Shown here: in pieces, positions 41,732 through 55,186 of the stretch | Layout: every line of letters starts with the position of its first letter | Numbering within the stretch: the first letter of the stretch is position 1 | Source: a virus | Lineage: Duplodnaviria > Heunggongvirae > Uroviricota > Caudoviricetes | DNA: 64,000 bases | Strand: one strand, 5' to 3' | Virus record (IMG/VR): IMGVR_UViG_3300045988_149498 | The notes under the pieces: model-generated | What the model was told of the DNA's origin: nothing | Seen by the model: the letters and a program-made list of their open reading frames with translations, nothing else | Database searches by the model: none | Translations under genes and position numbers: made by a program

Positions 41732-41792
41732 ATCACATCCTCATTAAGAGTAATTTAGGCCACTCTAAAAAATAAAGTGACCTAACAGGAAA

Positions 41793-42041
41793 TCAATCAG
41801 CATTCAGGAGCAATGCATTATCTATGATGATCTGCTCCCATTCTTCGAATGCCCGGTCGCGGACGCCCTGGGGAACGCTGTTAGTTTTGAAATCGACGAC
41901 CGTACGCCATTTCCCGTCCGGACGGTACATGCGCAGAGCTTTACTTCCCCCTTCCCTGCGCACCTCAACGTTATGCTTATCAGCAAACTCTTGTAATGCT
42001 CGTAGCGTCCCATGCTTTACTGTGTAGTATCGCTTTTTCAA
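41793..42041 (-). CDS. lxc: Lxc/Bof-like C1 corepressor modulator
   Basis: 82-aa ORF at end of darB operon, size and position as P1 lxc. Confidence 0.65.
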   Translation of the reverse strand: MKKRYYTVKHGTLRALQEFADKHNVEVRREGGSKALRMYRPDGKWRTVVDFKTNSVPQGVRDRAFEEWEQIIIDNALLLNAD

Positions 42042-42478
42042 GTTTTCTCTCCAGCCTGTGCTAAGGCTTCAACTTCCAAATCGTAAGACTCAAACTCATA
42101 GTCCTGGTCGTCAACCTCTTCAGGCACTGGCAGTAAATGCCAGGCTGAGTATATCTGACCATTATCAAAACGCTCCTGGCTGTAGAGCGTCGCAGCTATG
42201 AGCGTCAGCGCCGGTCGGTCATAACGGTAAATTTTGCGAACGTCACGGTCAACGAGACGACCGAAATTACCATAACCGCGCTCCAGTAATAATTTTTTAA
42301 TTTCCGGCCAGTATGGGCCATAGCTGCGGTACAGGCGGGGATTTTTCAGTAATCGCCCGCGTAGCCCTGACAGGAAGAAATCAACGTATTCGTCTTCTGT
42401 CTTTCCTAACAACGCTGTACGGAGTACCGCCTCAAGATATGTTTTATTCGGTTTTATTGTATCAGATAGTGTGGCCAT
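42038..42478 (-). CDS. ulx: Protein upstream of lxc
   Basis: 146-aa ORF, ATGA overlap with lxc, immediately downstream of darB. Confidence 0.6.
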   Translation of the reverse strand: MATLSDTIKPNKTYLEAVLRTALLGKTEDEYVDFFLSGLRGRLLKNPRLYRSYGPYWPEIKKLLLERGYGNFGRLVDRDVRKIYRYDRPALTLIAATLYSQERFDNGQIYSAWHLLPVPEEVDDQDYEFESYDLEVEALAQAGEKT

Positions 42479-42511
42479 ATTATGCGACGCCCGGCGAACC
42501 GGGCGCTCCTG

Positions 42512-45500
42512 TTATGCGTATTGTTGGATGACGGCCAGAACGTCCGCCACGTTGTGTTTTGTCTCGATAATCCACCAGTTACCCGGGAAATCGCTGTTTT
42601 TCGCCTTCGCTGGCAGCCAGCGAGCGCCGAATTTCGCCTTGATTGCGTCTTTCGCACGGAAAAGAACGCCTTTCATGCCTGAGGCTTCCTGAAGCCCAAA
42701 TACCTCGCCAGCGGCGAATTTTGGTGCGTACATCATCTTCAGGTCGGCGGTGGATACGCGATAATTCAGACCAAGAGACTGAGCTATGCTGGTGGCATCA
42801 CCCTGTATTGATGATAACTCTTCTTGTTTCTCGTTTCTGGCGGCAATTTCTTCCTCCGTGATGTTGCCAAGGGCCAGGTTTATCCGATCAGCGTCGGCCT
42901 GTTTCTCTTCATCGGTGCGTCCGGCAAGAACCGTGTTAACTCTCTGCAATATCTCCACATGATTCTTGCGCATGCTGAGCAATTCCGGCGTAACCTCGTT
43001 AAGATCCACCAGCCCAAGGATGGCAAGGTCGGAAAACATTGATACCAGGTTGTAGGTCATGCGATAGCTGAGTTGACCATAGGCTGATGGCAACTTCACC
43101 GCATCTATTTGATAGGCATCCATAAATTTAGAGCCGTCGTTTACGACATCCGCAATTGCAGGTGTGATTTTCCCTGTGGTGGCGGCCTCCCTGATTGCTG
43201 TTACCCACGATTGAGTCAGCGCGGCGACTGCATGATTCAGATTGGCTTCCCGTTCTGCTGCGATGCGCGCGCTTGCTGCGTCCATTGCCTGCTTGATCTC
43301 GTCTTTATTGCTGTAAATGCCAATGGTGCCAAACTGTGCTGTGGTGATCTCATAATCTGACGCCCGGAACTCATTGGTACCGAAAATGGCATTGGTGACT
43401 TCAAGTTCAGAATCCCCGTTACGAGTAGCCCCCTGGTTTGTTTTTTCCGGCATTCTGGCGATCGCATCCGCTATTTTCTCCTGAATTGCTTCAGGGGATA
43501 GCGTATCTCCGTATGACGCGATTACATCGCCATAATTGGAGCCAAACAGTTCAACCAGGAATGTTTCTGCCGAACGGATCTGGCGGTTATTCCCTTCCGA
43601 CATCATACCAAGCACCCATTTTGCAATTGACGACTTCAGCGCGCCGTCACGGCGATCCGGGTAAACCGCATGCTTCAGTGGGTCCGTATAGGTACCAACA
43701 AAATCAATGCTATAGCCTGACTCTGTAGTCTGAACGCCGTATGAGTCAGTGATTTTGATCATGCCGCGCTGCTGGAAACGGTAGAAATCGTCACAGGAAA
43801 TGATGTCGTTAATCCCGGCGATGGAGACGCCACCACTGATTTTCTGCATAACAGCATCTTCATCGGGAGTTACATCAACCTGTTTATCCAGCGTCTTCAC
43901 ATCCCAGTTACCCGATTTGGTACCTTTGAAGGTAAAGATAATCTCCACGTCTGCGCGCTGGCTGTCGAAGTCCAGAGACTTAATGCGGACGATATCACCG
44001 GCACAATCATAGTATTGGCCTACACGCCATGAGCGATCGCCGATAACAAGGAACTCACTCGCATGGTTAACCAAGTCAGGATCAACATCCAGAATGCCTT
44101 TATTTATTGCATCCTCCACCAGCGGGCGCAGGCGTTTGATATCCGTCGCGGCCTTCTGAGTACGGTTCAATAATTTCTCATAGCGGGAGATGGCTTGAGA
44201 GATATTAGCCTTGCGCTGAATGGCGCTTTTCAACGACGCGCGATACTGTGCTAACAACGTACGGTCTGTGTGATGGACGCTACCCCAGCGGGCTTTCCAG
44301 TCTGCGTTATCAGCTGCTTTGGCCATTACCGCCTGTTTGAATTTGGCGACCTCGGTGGTGGTCTTTTCAAGTTCCGCTTTGCTTCGCTCTAATTCAGCGG
44401 TAAGCACCTCCACATCCTCACCAGCTGCGTGCTGCGCCTTGATGTAGTTCTGAAGGTCGATAGTAGCCTGTTCTTTCTGGCGAGCGCGTTGCGCGGCTTT
44501 CGCCTTATCCATTTGAACCTGCATCATTGCCAGACGTTCACCGTCATCCTTCGCGGTATACATCTGCATTTCGATCATATCATTGGCGTCGGCGTTCTCC
44601 ATTTCTGACTTATCTGAACGGAGGATATCGGAGATCCAGCCTGCTTTACGCTTCAGCGTCTTCAGTCGGTATTCATCGAAAGAACCCTTGCCGCAGTAGT
44701 AGTGAACGCGAACGCTTGCACGGTTGGAGCCAACTCGGGCACCGCGACCGTTACGCTGTGCGATACTGGCTGGTGTCCATGGCAACGTCAGATGATGGAT
44801 GTCAGTCGTTCCTCGATGCAGGTTGATACCGACCTCGGCCTTTTTGTTGCAGATGATGATCGGAGTCCGGCCCTCCTGGAAGTCGGCAGCAATCTTTTCC
44901 AGCCCGCCCAGCGACATTTCATTTTGCTGCGCGATATAGGCGTCATACAGAGCCATTTGCTCGTTGTATTTCGCTATCTGCGCATCTGTTGGTTCATCCG
45001 GTAGCTCTTTCGGCGGTTTAACAGCTTTCAGTTTCTGACCGGTTTTACCTGCCTCGGCAACCGTCTGAGCATTCAGGATCCCCACCTTTGAAGGTTCAAG
45101 GTTAAGAGCATTGCAGATAATGCGCTTGAGCTTCTGGTGCTGCGTTTTTTCATCGGTGAAGATGATTTGCTTACCTTCCGGGAAAAACTCCTTCAGCGTG
45201 GCAATCAGCTTCGCGTATTTGGGCGTAACGGGGTGAGTTACGGTCTGTTCGTCAATGCCAAACCTGGCCAGGCGCTTATTCACTTCCTGCTCGAACGCTT
45301 CCGGAACCTGCAACTGAATAAACTCGCCCTTATCTATCAGGGAGTATTGCGATTGCTGCGTGATTGAATCATCACTGTCGTCGTCTTCGCTGGTGGCTTG
45401 TTTAGGCAAACTGTCCGCCAGCTGCTGCACCGCATCGGCGTACTCCGGCAGGAAACGATAGGTGATCCGACGATAGTACAGGTCCATGTCAGTACATACG

Positions 45501-48500
45501 CGGTCCATATCCCTGATTATTGAGAAGATCGGACGGGCTTTCTCGTGCTCAATCACGCCGTCTTCATTGACCGAGGTCGTTACGCCATTGTTGGCTTTGG
45601 CCGCCGCTTCCGCCTGCTGACGCAATTCTTCATACGCCGCCAGTTGTTCTTCAGTAAGTGGTGCATCCTGCTGGTGTTCGTCCAGCTCCGGGATCTCCAC
45701 GGTATCCTTAACGTCTTCCGCCGTTTTAAGCGTTACCCAGCGATGGAATATACCGCGCAGCGCATCAAGGTTTTCAAAGCCCACCAGCGCCATTTTTTCT
45801 TCAACTTCACCGCTGATTTTCTGTACCGTTTCCAGCCTGGTCTTGCCGAAGAATTTAACGAAGTCATCAGGACCGTAGATCCCCATCTTCTGCCAGTATT
45901 CCTTCGGCAGAACATGAGAAAGCATGTTGTATGCATCGATCGGGGTGTTAACGACTGGCGTTGCAGTCAGGAGAACCGGCCCGCGCCCGCCATTCTTTTT
46001 CATCAGGTACGCGTTTTTAATTGCCATATCCCGCGCCGATTGCGCCACCGCGCTGGTGGGCAGATAGGCCAGTTGTGACGCTTCGCGACCATTTTTATAG
46101 CTATTGCGGTAGTTGTGACCTTCGTCGGCGATCACACTATCGAAGCCCATATCCTCAAAGTACGGATACTTCTCTGCTTTTTCGGTGCCGGTATCTGAAT
46201 ACTCCGACAATACCCGGCGACGCGCGGCCTCTTTGCGGTGGGAGTCGGAGTCCATTGCGCTGGCTACGCGCCCGGCGGCAACGAAGTCATAAAGCATATC
46301 CTGTGCATGCTCATCTACGGTGTCATCACGTAGCGGAATGCGGGCGTATTGTTCTTTGGTAAACACGACTGCACGGTAATTTGAGTGCGGGATCGCGTTC
46401 ATTCGCGCGGTGATAGTGGCTTCATCTGCCAGTTTAAGAGCATCACGCATAAGTGGAGTGCCATCAGTACCAAGGACAGGTTTACCGTTCTCATCGAGCA
46501 CCGACACCTGGCGAATCTGATCGCCATCCATCAGCACATCAAGACCGACGAACAGGTAGTTACTGAATGCCGCTTCACTCAGGAACTCTTTTGCTTCGTA
46601 ATACCAGTTTTCCAGCACTGATTTAGGCACTACATAAGCAGTACGGGTGGAGCGACCGTTCTCATAGTTGAACGCCTCAAGCGCCAGCGCGGTCGTCGTT
46701 TTACCCAGCCCGGTGCCGAAGCCCAGGATGCCGCGCCCATCTTCAGACAGTCGTCGCACCTCGCTATTCTGGTAATCAAATGGCTGGCGCTTACCGCTTA
46801 ATCCCTTCAACCCAAGCGGATCGCCAGAGTGTTCATACGGAATATTGCTATTGAAAACATCGTTGTATTTGGCAACCAGCTCATCGTAGCGATCGTGTGT
46901 CTTGATCCACTTATTGAACTGGTCCTCAAGCAGTGCCATCTGCTCGCGGTAGCCGTTCGCCGTCGCGCTATCTTTGCCACCGATACGCGCACCATTGAGA
47001 TACTTTTCCAGCTGTGCCGGGAACCCGGTCGCGTTTTCACCTGATTTACGGTCCCACTCGTAGCGGATCTCGCCTGTTTCTTTATCCTTGCGCTGGACGA
47101 CACCGTATCGGTGTCCGACGAACAGACCATCACCACCGTGATAGGTGTCAGAAACCATTTCGTCGCCTTCCAGCTGCACTGACTGCACATAGCGCAGATC
47201 CGGATAGCCGTTTTCCTGCAAAAACTCCAGAATGACGGAACGGTCGAACCAACGGCTATTGAGCTTAAAGCGGATATTCTCTGCTGGCGTCTTGATGCGC
47301 TTCTCTTCGATCGCTGCCAGCTGATTAAGGACGTTGTTCTTTACTGGACCGTCGGGGAGCGTGGCGAGGAATTCCTGTTTTGGAACCACTATCTCGTTAA
47401 TGTCGCCGCTGGTGGCGCGGGCGAACGGAACAATCCCGCCATACGGCGAAACCGCAATACCTGGGGTGCTGGCCAATAAATTAAGCAACTCTTCATCACT
47501 GGCTGGCAGTTCGCCGGTAAACGCAAGGCGGAAATCATCGAGCTGGATTGGATCGCGGGTAAGATCGCTATAGAGATAACGCAAGGTGTCCTGATAGCTG
47601 GTGGAGTCATAACTTGCGCTGGAATCATGCGTAACCAGCTTTCCTGTCAGCTCGTCAGAAATAGTGCCATCCAGCTTAATTGCACCACGGAAAGCAAACC
47701 AGGCGCGCGCACCGCTTCCCGATAATTTAGCTATCGGACCGCGACCGGGGTTACCAAAACGGTCAATCTCTGCCTGCAAACGGGATACCAGAGAAAGGCG
47801 CTGCTGTTCGATTTGTTCAGCACTATGCCCGGCGGCCTTCATATCCTGATATTCAATTAACATCCGGCCAATCATTGCCCCGCGATACAAGCGTTCACGG
47901 TATTTTTCAGGCTGGCTGTTAATCCAGTCCACCAGCTGCACCATATCGTCGCTGATTGATGTGGTGTACTTATCGCGGACATTTGCCATCTGGGTAAATG
48001 TCATACCGAGACGGCCTTCTGTTGTAGTCAGGTTACGCTGAAGAGCCTCCCAGCTATCCGCGCCATAACTGGCAGCATCAATCTTAAGCTCCTTACCAGC
48101 ATCAGCTTCAATCCAGCGACCACCAGCATATTTTTGCCATACGCCATTAATCAGGCGCATTTCCCCTTCATCAACAACGTCTGCTGTCGGTGACGGTTCA
48201 GCCATATCTAGCAAAGACCAGTCGATACGACTTTCGAAACGATGAATCAGCTTCGCTTTAAGAGCCTGGTTATCAATCTGCCCGTCGGCACGAACCTCAA
48301 TACGCCCCTGGAAGCCCTTTTCCTGGGTACCATGAACAAACCGGCGGCCGTCCTTTTCAAACCACTTGCCAGAAATAAACGTTGGCCAAAGCACATTTGC
48401 CAATTCAAGAGTGCTTTCATCCACCAGGGGGATTTTCTCAGCCATCTCTGCCGGATGTTTGCGCATCAGCACCACATCTACGACCGTACTGGTCCCGTTT

Positions 48501-49279
48501 GCGTCAAAAGTACCGGTAGGCAAGCGGTGGGCACCAAGAAATTCAGCTTTCCGTGATAGGCGCAGGCGTAACCGCTTCATGTTTGAACCTGAAACAATGG
48601 ACGGCGGCACAATCACGCACATGAATCCGCCTGGCTTTATCTTGTCCAGCATGCGGAGCATGAAGTAAGAACCCATGTCCGTTTCTTCTGCGTAAGGCTT
48701 ATCGATGTTGCGTGTGTTATCACGACCACCGAACGGAACGTTACCCACAACATGGTCGAATGAATCGTTAGGCGTGCTTACAGCCAGCTGTTCGAACGGG
48801 GAAATCTGTACGCTGTCTTCCGGGTGTAACAGCTGGTTTATACGACCGGAAACACTGCTGATCTCAGTTGCGGTCATCACCGTACCAACCGGTTTTGTCT
48901 CATTAAAAACGCCGGTGCCCGCCGATGGTTCCAGAGTGTTACCTACGTCCGCGCCATAGAGCTTCATGATCTCCCAGACACCTTCAGCGATAGGCTTTGG
49001 TGTGTAATATTCGGAGACGGACCCGCCAATGCCGCCTTCACCGGTGTACCCAGCCAGGATCTGGCGCTGTTCATCTGTCAGTGTCGCGCCGTCCACCAGC
49101 GAATTAAGCAAATCTATCGCCTTCTGATTCGCCTCCCGGCGCAGTCGGTCATAGCTTTTGCCTTCCACCTTTTCCACGCCGTATTTAATCGGCGCTCGGT
49201 GAGATGTTATTGCCCTAATGTATTTCAATATTTCGCTGACACTTGAACAGCGAAACACCCCCATAGATAGCTTGTTCAT
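42512..49279 (-). CDS. darB: DarB antirestriction protein (methyltransferase-like plus helicase domains), 2255 aa
   Basis: MTase-like motifs EPSAGTGVF / GNVPFGG; helicase Walker A GFGTGLGKTT and DEGHNYRN; size equals P1 DarB. Confidence 0.9.
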   Translation of the reverse strand: MNKLSMGVFRCSSVSEILKYIRAITSHRAPIKYGVEKVEGKSYDRLRREANQKAIDLLNSLVDGATLTDEQRQILAGYTGEGGIGGSVSEYYTPKPIAEGVWEIMKLYGADVGNTLEPSAGTGVFNETKPVGTVMTATEISSVSGRINQLLHPEDSVQISPFEQLAVSTPNDSFDHVVGNVPFGGRDNTRNIDKPYAEETDMGSYFMLRMLDKIKPGGFMCVIVPPSIVSGSNMKRLRLRLSRKAEFLGAHRLPTGTFDANGTSTVVDVVLMRKHPAEMAEKIPLVDESTLELANVLWPTFISGKWFEKDGRRFVHGTQEKGFQGRIEVRADGQIDNQALKAKLIHRFESRIDWSLLDMAEPSPTADVVDEGEMRLINGVWQKYAGGRWIEADAGKELKIDAASYGADSWEALQRNLTTTEGRLGMTFTQMANVRDKYTTSISDDMVQLVDWINSQPEKYRERLYRGAMIGRMLIEYQDMKAAGHSAEQIEQQRLSLVSRLQAEIDRFGNPGRGPIAKLSGSGARAWFAFRGAIKLDGTISDELTGKLVTHDSSASYDSTSYQDTLRYLYSDLTRDPIQLDDFRLAFTGELPASDEELLNLLASTPGIAVSPYGGIVPFARATSGDINEIVVPKQEFLATLPDGPVKNNVLNQLAAIEEKRIKTPAENIRFKLNSRWFDRSVILEFLQENGYPDLRYVQSVQLEGDEMVSDTYHGGDGLFVGHRYGVVQRKDKETGEIRYEWDRKSGENATGFPAQLEKYLNGARIGGKDSATANGYREQMALLEDQFNKWIKTHDRYDELVAKYNDVFNSNIPYEHSGDPLGLKGLSGKRQPFDYQNSEVRRLSEDGRGILGFGTGLGKTTTALALEAFNYENGRSTRTAYVVPKSVLENWYYEAKEFLSEAAFSNYLFVGLDVLMDGDQIRQVSVLDENGKPVLGTDGTPLMRDALKLADEATITARMNAIPHSNYRAVVFTKEQYARIPLRDDTVDEHAQDMLYDFVAAGRVASAMDSDSHRKEAARRRVLSEYSDTGTEKAEKYPYFEDMGFDSVIADEGHNYRNSYKNGREASQLAYLPTSAVAQSARDMAIKNAYLMKKNGGRGPVLLTATPVVNTPIDAYNMLSHVLPKEYWQKMGIYGPDDFVKFFGKTRLETVQKISGEVEEKMALVGFENLDALRGIFHRWVTLKTAEDVKDTVEIPELDEHQQDAPLTEEQLAAYEELRQQAEAAAKANNGVTTSVNEDGVIEHEKARPIFSIIRDMDRVCTDMDLYYRRITYRFLPEYADAVQQLADSLPKQATSEDDDSDDSITQQSQYSLIDKGEFIQLQVPEAFEQEVNKRLARFGIDEQTVTHPVTPKYAKLIATLKEFFPEGKQIIFTDEKTQHQKLKRIICNALNLEPSKVGILNAQTVAEAGKTGQKLKAVKPPKELPDEPTDAQIAKYNEQMALYDAYIAQQNEMSLGGLEKIAADFQEGRTPIIICNKKAEVGINLHRGTTDIHHLTLPWTPASIAQRNGRGARVGSNRASVRVHYYCGKGSFDEYRLKTLKRKAGWISDILRSDKSEMENADANDMIEMQMYTAKDDGERLAMMQVQMDKAKAAQRARQKEQATIDLQNYIKAQHAAGEDVEVLTAELERSKAELEKTTTEVAKFKQAVMAKAADNADWKARWGSVHHTDRTLLAQYRASLKSAIQRKANISQAISRYEKLLNRTQKAATDIKRLRPLVEDAINKGILDVDPDLVNHASEFLVIGDRSWRVGQYYDCAGDIVRIKSLDFDSQRADVEIIFTFKGTKSGNWDVKTLDKQVDVTPDEDAVMQKISGGVSIAGINDIISCDDFYRFQQRGMIKITDSYGVQTTESGYSIDFVGTYTDPLKHAVYPDRRDGALKSSIAKWVLGMMSEGNNRQIRSAETFLVELFGSNYGDVIASYGDTLSPEAIQEKIADAIARMPEKTNQGATRNGDSELEVTNAIFGTNEFRASDYEITTAQFGTIGIYSNKDEIKQAMDAASARIAAEREANLNHAVAALTQSWVTAIREAATTGKITPAIADVVNDGSKFMDAYQIDAVKLPSAYGQLSYRMTYNLVSMFSDLAILGLVDLNEVTPELLSMRKNHVEILQRVNTVLAGRTDEEKQADADRINLALGNITEEEIAARNEKQEELSSIQGDATSIAQSLGLNYRVSTADLKMMYAPKFAAGEVFGLQEASGMKGVLFRAKDAIKAKFGARWLPAKAKNSDFPGNWWIIETKHNVADVLAVIQQYA

Positions 49280-49290
49280 TGGTAATCCTT

Positions 49291-49303
49291 AACAAGTGAC
49301 TAG
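49291..49303 (+). promoter_or_regulatory. Late-promoter-like motif AACAAGTGACTAG upstream of prt
   Basis: In divergent darB/prt intergenic region, 52 nt before prt start. Confidence 0.45.
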
Positions 49304-49345
49304 TGTTAAATTCCGTTCAAACACGATGCGAATTATTCTAATTAA

Positions 49346-52076
<2,731 letters not shown>

Positions 52077-52367
52077 CCACCAAAAATAACCCCGGCGGCT
52101 GCCGGGGTTCTCGTTAACTATTATCACCTTCGTCTGCGTGCCATATATTTGCGCACCGCGCGGCGTGGACAATCTGAAGCGGTTTCTTTCTGCTGCATCA
52201 ATCTCGCGGCCATGCTCAAAAATGTCAGGCACAGCCGAAGCCCAGCATACAATAGCGGTTCCAGTGGCCACGTTTCATTAAGCACATATACCGCCATGAA
52301 AATCGAGTCGAAAACTATCGCTGCCAGCGATAACTTCATTGTCGAAAGTCTGCGGAGCTGCCGGAGT

Positions 52368-52925
52368 TTATTCATTGACCAGTCCCGTCAGGCAAAGCTG
52401 GCGTTCTTTTTCACGGCGAATCTTTAAACCTCGCAGGGGCACGCCGTTACTGTTCACAAAATCAGGGAGATGGTTACACATATTCACCCATTCCCCTTTC
52501 TGCGCCCACTTGTGGATGGACGTTTCGACTCGCATGCCTCGCGCTTTGCTGTAGTAGGTCCGTAAGCTATTGCATCCCATATTGAATGCCGCGCTTGTCA
52601 TTGCACTGAAGGCATTATCGGGCATGTCTTTGCCCCGGAAGTGCTGATTAATACAGCGTTCAGCGATCAGAATATTCTTTTCCCAATCAGCGGCGATTTG
52701 CTGGTCGGTTTTTCGCACACCCGACGTTACCCCGTGTGTATTACCGATCCCGTCAGTCCATACCCCCGCCGGGCACATGTATGGGTCACGTCGGCAACCT
52801 TCAGCGTTTCCGATAAGCTCAAGCCCCGCCTGGTTGGTTCGCACATTGCCATTACCCATCACGATGGTAATCATCACCGCGATAGCGCAAATTGCACCGC
52901 CTCCTGCGGCTGTTTTTCCCTTCAT
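52368..52925 (-). CDS. lyz: SAR-type endolysin (T4-lysozyme fold)
   Basis: 185-aa product from internal M16 (MKGKTAAGGGAICAIAVMITIVMG... SAR anchor); recognised as P1 Lyz. Confidence 0.9.
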   Translation of the reverse strand: MKGKTAAGGGAICAIAVMITIVMGNGNVRTNQAGLELIGNAEGCRRDPYMCPAGVWTDGIGNTHGVTSGVRKTDQQIAADWEKNILIAERCINQHFRGKDMPDNAFSAMTSAAFNMGCNSLRTYYSKARGMRVETSIHKWAQKGEWVNMCNHLPDFVNSNGVPLRGLKIRREKERQLCLTGLVNE

Positions 52926-53024
52926 AAAGACCTCATAAGCGAATTTTTTACGCTCCAGGACAACACCCATTCACAGCCAATACCGACTGACTCGATCCCT
53001 TTAGAAGGCACAGGATAATGCAAA

Positions 53025-53033
53025 TCACTTGTT
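53025..53033 (-). promoter_or_regulatory. Late-promoter-like motif AACAAGTGA upstream of lyz (minus strand)
   Basis: About 100 nt upstream of lyz start. Confidence 0.4.
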
Positions 53034-53057
53034 AGCTACGTTTCAAAGATATACATT

Positions 53058-53074
53058 ATTGCTCTAATTAATTT
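53058..53074 (+). promoter_or_regulatory. C1 operator ATTGCTCTAATTAATTT upstream of ssb
   Basis: 16/17 match to consensus, 20 nt before ssb GTG start. Confidence 0.65.
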
Positions 53075-53093
53075 ATTTTATTAGGTAAGATAA

Positions 53094-53582
53094 GTGGCAC
53101 AACGCGGTGTAAACAAAGTCATCCTGATTGGTACCCTGGGGCAAGACCCGGAGATCAGGTATATACCAAATGGCGGCGCGGTCGGAAGACTAAGCATCGC
53201 AACGAATGAATCATGGCGCGACAAGCAAACGGGCCAACAGAAAGAGCAAACAGAATGGCATAAAGTCGTTTTGTTCGGAAAACTTGCTGAAATTGCGAGT
53301 GAATATTTACGAAAAGGTTCTCAGGTCTACATCGAAGGGAAACTTAAAACCCGTAAGTGGACAGATGACGCCGGTGTAGAACATTACACGACGGAAATTA
53401 TCGTCAGCCAGGGCGGCACCATGCAAATGATCGGCGCTCGCCGTGACGATTCACAGTCCTCAAATGGCTGGGGGCAATCAAACCAACCTCAAAACCACCA
53501 GCAATACAGTGGTGGCGGTAAACCTCAGAGCAACGCCAATAACGAACCTCCAATGGACTTTGACGACGATATTCCGTTTTAG
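53094..53582 (+). CDS. ssb: Single-stranded DNA-binding protein
   Basis: OB-fold N-terminus, Gly/Gln-rich linker and acidic tail DFDDDIPF; GTG start. Confidence 0.95.
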   Translation: MAQRGVNKVILIGTLGQDPEIRYIPNGGAVGRLSIATNESWRDKQTGQQKEQTEWHKVVLFGKLAEIASEYLRKGSQVYIEGKLKTRKWTDDAGVEHYTTEIIVSQGGTMQMIGARRDDSQSSNGWGQSNQPQNHQQYSGGGKPQSNANNEPPMDFDDDIPF

Positions 53583-53620
53583 AGTTAACTTGTGAGTTAT
53601 TTGTAAATAGTTCATACACA

Positions 53621-53650
53621 GGCCCCTGTTAATACAGGGGATTTTTATTT
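53621..53650 (+). terminator. Rho-independent terminator after ssb
   Basis: CCCCTG-TTAATA-CAGGGG followed by ATTTTTATTT. Confidence 0.7.
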
Positions 53651-53830
53651 CTAGTAACTATAAGAGGTGTTAATTATTAATTGACAATCTTTAGTGTTTC
53701 GCGCACCTTGCAAGTATCCAATATTTACTGATTGTGGACGCATAAAGAAGATCCACAGCGTTACAAATTTGTATTTCTTTCTTCAGCAATTAAGCAGGCG
53801 ACTTGCTCTATCCTGCCCAAAGGAACACGT

Positions 53831-55186
53831 ATGACACACTGCAAAGAAAATACTTGGTATGAGCGTCAAGGGTACAATACCACCCGCCCGAATGAGATAA
53901 GGTCGGAGTATGAACGTGATCTTTCCCGGTTAATCCACTCTTCCGCTTTTAGGAGATTACAATCGAAGACGCAGGTGTTGGGATTGGGCGAAAGCGATTT
54001 CTACCGTACGCGGCTAACTCACTCTATGGAAGTAGCGCAAATTGGCGGCGGTATCTTGTCTCAGTTGTCTAAGCGCGATACAGATGAGGGGGGTAAATTC
54101 TTACCTGACCCAAGCCTGATGCAGGCTATCTGCCTTGCTCATGATATAGGACATCCCCCCTTCGGTCATGGTGGTGAGGTCGCACTAAACTACTGCATGA
54201 GATCCTATGGCGGCTTTGAAGGTAACGGGCAGACACTGCGTATACTCTCCAAACTGGATAAGTACACCGAAACCAATGGGCTGGATCCCACCCGTAGACT
54301 TATTTTAGGCGTACTGAAATATCCAGCAAGCTATTCAGAGGTCGTCAATGAGAGGGCTTACAGCCAGTTACAGCCAAGAAGCAATGAGTGGTTGTTTAAA
54401 TCATCCGAATTTAAGCCCCCGAAATGTTACCTGGACTCTGAGGAGAACACTGTTAGATTCGCACTCCAACCTTTTGATAGTGATGATGTTAAGTTATTCA
54501 AAACGGTAAAAACTACCGCGTTGAATAAGCACAAGAAAACAATATATAAAGCACTGGATACAACGATTATGGACTTGGCTGATGAGATATCCTACTCACT
54601 CCATGATCTTGAAGACGCAATTTCTCTGAAGATGATCGACAAAAAAATGTGGGAGGAGCACTTCGAGGACAAGTCCCATTTATTTGCAGCTTGCCAATGC
54701 GACTCGTTTAATCTAAAAGCCGATGATGTAGCTGAAAAACTGTTCGGCGAAAGTTATCTACGCAAGGAGTGCATAGGGACACTTGTTCATCTGATGATCA
54801 CTAGCGTTAAGCTTGAAGTGCAGAACTCTGATTTCAAAAGTAAAATTTTACGCTATAAAGTGGCACTTCCTGCCGCGGTAGAAGAGTTACGTAAAGCCAT
54901 TTTTGAGCTGGTTAGGAACAAAGTTATTCAGCACGAAAACGTCCAACTATTAGAGTTCAAAGGTCAGAAACTGATTGTGGAACTATTCAATGTACTGGCA
55001 AATGACCCAATACGTTTTCTCCCGACAGAAACTCGAAAGAAATATAATCAAGAGGAAGCAAAAGGTGATGATAAAAAAATGCGCGTCATTTGCGACTATG
55101 TTTCAGGCATGACAGATGATTACGCTACTCGACTGTATGAGAAAATATTTGTACCGAGAAAAGGCTCTATTTTTGATAGACTCTGA
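53831..55186 (+). CDS. dGTP triphosphohydrolase-family HD-domain protein (451 aa); candidate nucleotide-depletion defence
   Basis: ATG 6 nt after AAAGGAA; motifs RTRLTHSMEVAQIG and AHDIGHPPFGHGGE of the Dgt/HD family; AT-rich islet. Confidence 0.8.
   Translation: MTHCKENTWYERQGYNTTRPNEIRSEYERDLSRLIHSSAFRRLQSKTQVLGLGESDFYRTRLTHSMEVAQIGGGILSQLSKRDTDEGGKFLPDPSLMQAICLAHDIGHPPFGHGGEVALNYCMRSYGGFEGNGQTLRILSKLDKYTETNGLDPTRRLILGVLKYPASYSEVVNERAYSQLQPRSNEWLFKSSEFKPPKCYLDSEENTVRFALQPFDSDDVKLFKTVKTTALNKHKKTIYKALDTTIMDLADEISYSLHDLEDAISLKMIDKKMWEEHFEDKSHLFAACQCDSFNLKADDVAEKLFGESYLRKECIGTLVHLMITSVKLEVQNSDFKSKILRYKVALPAAVEELRKAIFELVRNKVIQHENVQLLEFKGQKLIVELFNVLANDPIRFLPTETRKKYNQEEAKGDDKKMRVICDYVSGMTDDYATRLYEKIFVPRKGSIFDRL

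Noticed and set aside
42643-49279. Numerous 60-180-aa track ORFs on the plus strand inside darB, and similar antisense ORFs inside ddrB, darA, pacB and c1
   Set aside because: Fully embedded in long, well-supported genes on the opposite strand, with biased amino-acid composition typical of antisense translation.
53732-53830. Upstream 33-codon extension of the dGTPase ORF (track start 53732)
   Set aside because: No RBS at 53732, whereas the ATG at 53831 has AAAGGAA at optimal spacing and the conserved family N-terminus begins there.
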